The notes under the pieces are model-generated. The model saw only the letters and a program-made list of their open reading frames with translations. It did not search any database and was not told where the DNA came from. A stretch of 64,000 nucleotides of DNA. It comes from Owenia fusiformis (lineage: Eukaryota). The stretch spans positions 28,458,001 to 28,522,000 of the forward strand of contig CAIIXF020000001.1 in the NCBI GenBank assembly GCA_903813345.2. The letters are read 5' to 3'. The translations under genes and the position numbers were made by a program. Shown here one piece after another: positions 62,301-64,000 of this stretch (its first letter is position 1; the number at the start of each line of letters is the position of its first letter).

Positions 62301-64000
62301 ACTGTAGATGTGAAAATTGACAACATTGAACCAGAAGAAAAGGAGATTACAGCAGATGTCCAACAGGAGCTTCTTTCCCAACAAAATGTAGTGGAGGTCA
62401 AAATGATTGAAGTTCAGCAAGAAATATCTGAAATAAAAGAAGCAAAAGCAGGTGACACAAAAGATGGAACAGTTGATGTTGAAACTACAAAAACAACAAT
62501 TACAACTAAGGAACTCATAAATGACACTGTAGATGCGAAAACTGACAGCATTGAACCAGAAGAAAAGGAGATTACAGCAACTGTTCAACAGGAGCTTCTT
62601 TCCCAACAAAACGTAGTGGAGGTCAAAATGATTGAAGTTCAGCAAGAAATATCTGAAATAAAAGAAGCAAAAGCAGGTGACATAAAAGATGGAACAGTTG
62701 ATGTTGACACTACAAAAACAACAATTACAACTAAGAAACTCATAAATGACACTGTAGATGCGAAAATTGACAACATTGAACCAGAAGAAAAGGAGATTAC
62801 ACCAGATGTTCAACAGGAGCTTCTTTCCCAACAAAACGTAGTAGAGGTCAAAATGATGGAAGTTCAGCAAGAAATATCTGAAATAAAAGAAGCAAAAGCA
62901 GGTGACACAAAAGATGGAACAGTTGATGTTGAAACTACAAAAACAACAAGTACAACAAAGGAACTCATAAATGACACTGTAGATGCAAAAATTGACAACA
63001 TTGAACCAGAAGAAAAGGAGATTACAGCAGATGTCCAACAGGAGCTGCTTTCCCAACAAAACGGAGTGGAGGTCAACATGATTGAAGTTCAGCAAGAAAT
63101 ATCTGAAATAAAAGAAGCAAAAGCAGGTGACGTAAAGGATGGAACAGTTGATGTTGAAACTACAAAAACAACAATTTCAACTAAGGAACTCATAAATGAC
63201 ACTGTAGATGTGAAAATTGACAACATTGAACCAGAAGAAAAGGAGATTGCAGCAGATGTCCAACAGGAGCTTCTTTCCCAACAAAACGTAGTGGAGGTCA
63301 AAATGATTGAAGTTCAGCAAGAAATATCTGAAATAAAAGAAGCAAAAGCAGGTGACATAAAAGATGGAACACTTGATGTTGAAACTACAAAAACAACAAT
63401 TACAGCCAAGGAACTCATAAATGACACTGTAGATGCGAAAATTGACAACATTGAACCAGAAGAAAAGGAGATTACAGCAGATGTCCAACAGGAGCTTCTT
63501 TCCCAACAAAACGTAGTGGAGGTCAAAATGATTGAAGTTCAGCAAGAAATATCTGAAATAAAAGAAGCAAAAGCAGGTGACATAAAAGATGGAACAGATG
63601 ATGTTGAAACTACAAAAACAACAATTACAACTAAGGAACTCATAAATGACACTGTAGATGCGAAAATTGACAACATTGAACCAGAAGAAAAGGAGATTAC
63701 AGCAGATGTCCAACAGGAGCTTCTTTCCCAACAAAACGTAGTGGAGGTCAAAATGATGGAAGTTCAGCAAGAAATATCTGAAATAAACGAAGCAAAAGCA
63801 GGTGACATAAAAGATGGAACAGATGATGTTGAAACTACAAAAACAACAATTACAACTAAGGAACTCATAAATGACACTGTAGATGCGAAAATTGACAACA
63901 TTGAACCAGAAGAAAAGGAGATTACAGCAGATGTTCAACAGGAGCTTCTTTCCCAACAAAACGTAGTGGAGGTCAAAATGATGGAATTTCGGCAAGAAAT
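59349..64000 (+). CDS. Thr/Glu/Asp-rich extension exons, probably of the EF-hand gene, ending in a very large exon open to the window edge
   Basis: Exons 59349-59552 (phase 0, weak donor), 59784-59889 (phase 0 to 1), 61162 to >64000 (phase 1, no stop seen in frame, so absent from the ORF track); recurrent SEPCV/SKPCV/SEPCM motif links the exons. Confidence 0.75.
60142..60843. mobile_element. Tc1/mariner-type MITE (intronic)
   Basis: TA|CGAGAGGTGATCACAAAG ... CTTTATGATCACCCCTCG|TA. Confidence 0.75.
62018..64000 (+). repeat. Coding tandem repeat, 225 bp / 75 aa, ~9 near-identical copies in the window
   Basis: TTGAACCAGAAGAAAAGGAG recurs every 225 bp from 62101 to 63901; unit TVDVETTKTTITTKELINDTVDAKIDNIEPEEKEITADVQQELLSQQNVVEVKMIEVQQEISEIKEAKAGDIKDG. 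Confidence 0.92.

Noticed and set aside
61316-63995. Long minus-strand ORFs (286, 359, 272 aa and the 70-aa series)
   Set aside because: Antisense shadows of the plus-strand acidic repeat exon; the Phe/Cys/Ser-rich composition follows from complementing GAA/ACA codons

Overview
AT-rich animal genomic DNA (spliceosomal introns, many DNA-transposon MITEs), probably a marine invertebrate; the species cannot be determined from the sequence. From left to right: a stand-alone NHL beta-propeller ORF; a TIR-bounded Kolobok-type transposon with a DDE transposase and a divergent KolX/P2X7-ballast-like ORF; a 10-exon secreted protein with two repeated domains plus VWA; and a tandemly duplicated cassette of an unknown helical ORF directly upstream of a cGAS-like (Mab-21/cGLR) nucleotidyltransferase, the two copies separated by a 4.8-kb foldback element. 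These are followed by an intronless Mpr1-like GNAT and a >23-kb EF-hand gene in which three paralogous first exons appear to share one set of downstream exons. That gene either stops at calmodulin size or splices on into a large acidic 75-aa-repeat exon that runs off the window. The cGLR cassette and the variable-first-exon EF-hand gene are the best novelty candidates. All gene models are manual splice-phase inferences with no transcript or database support.
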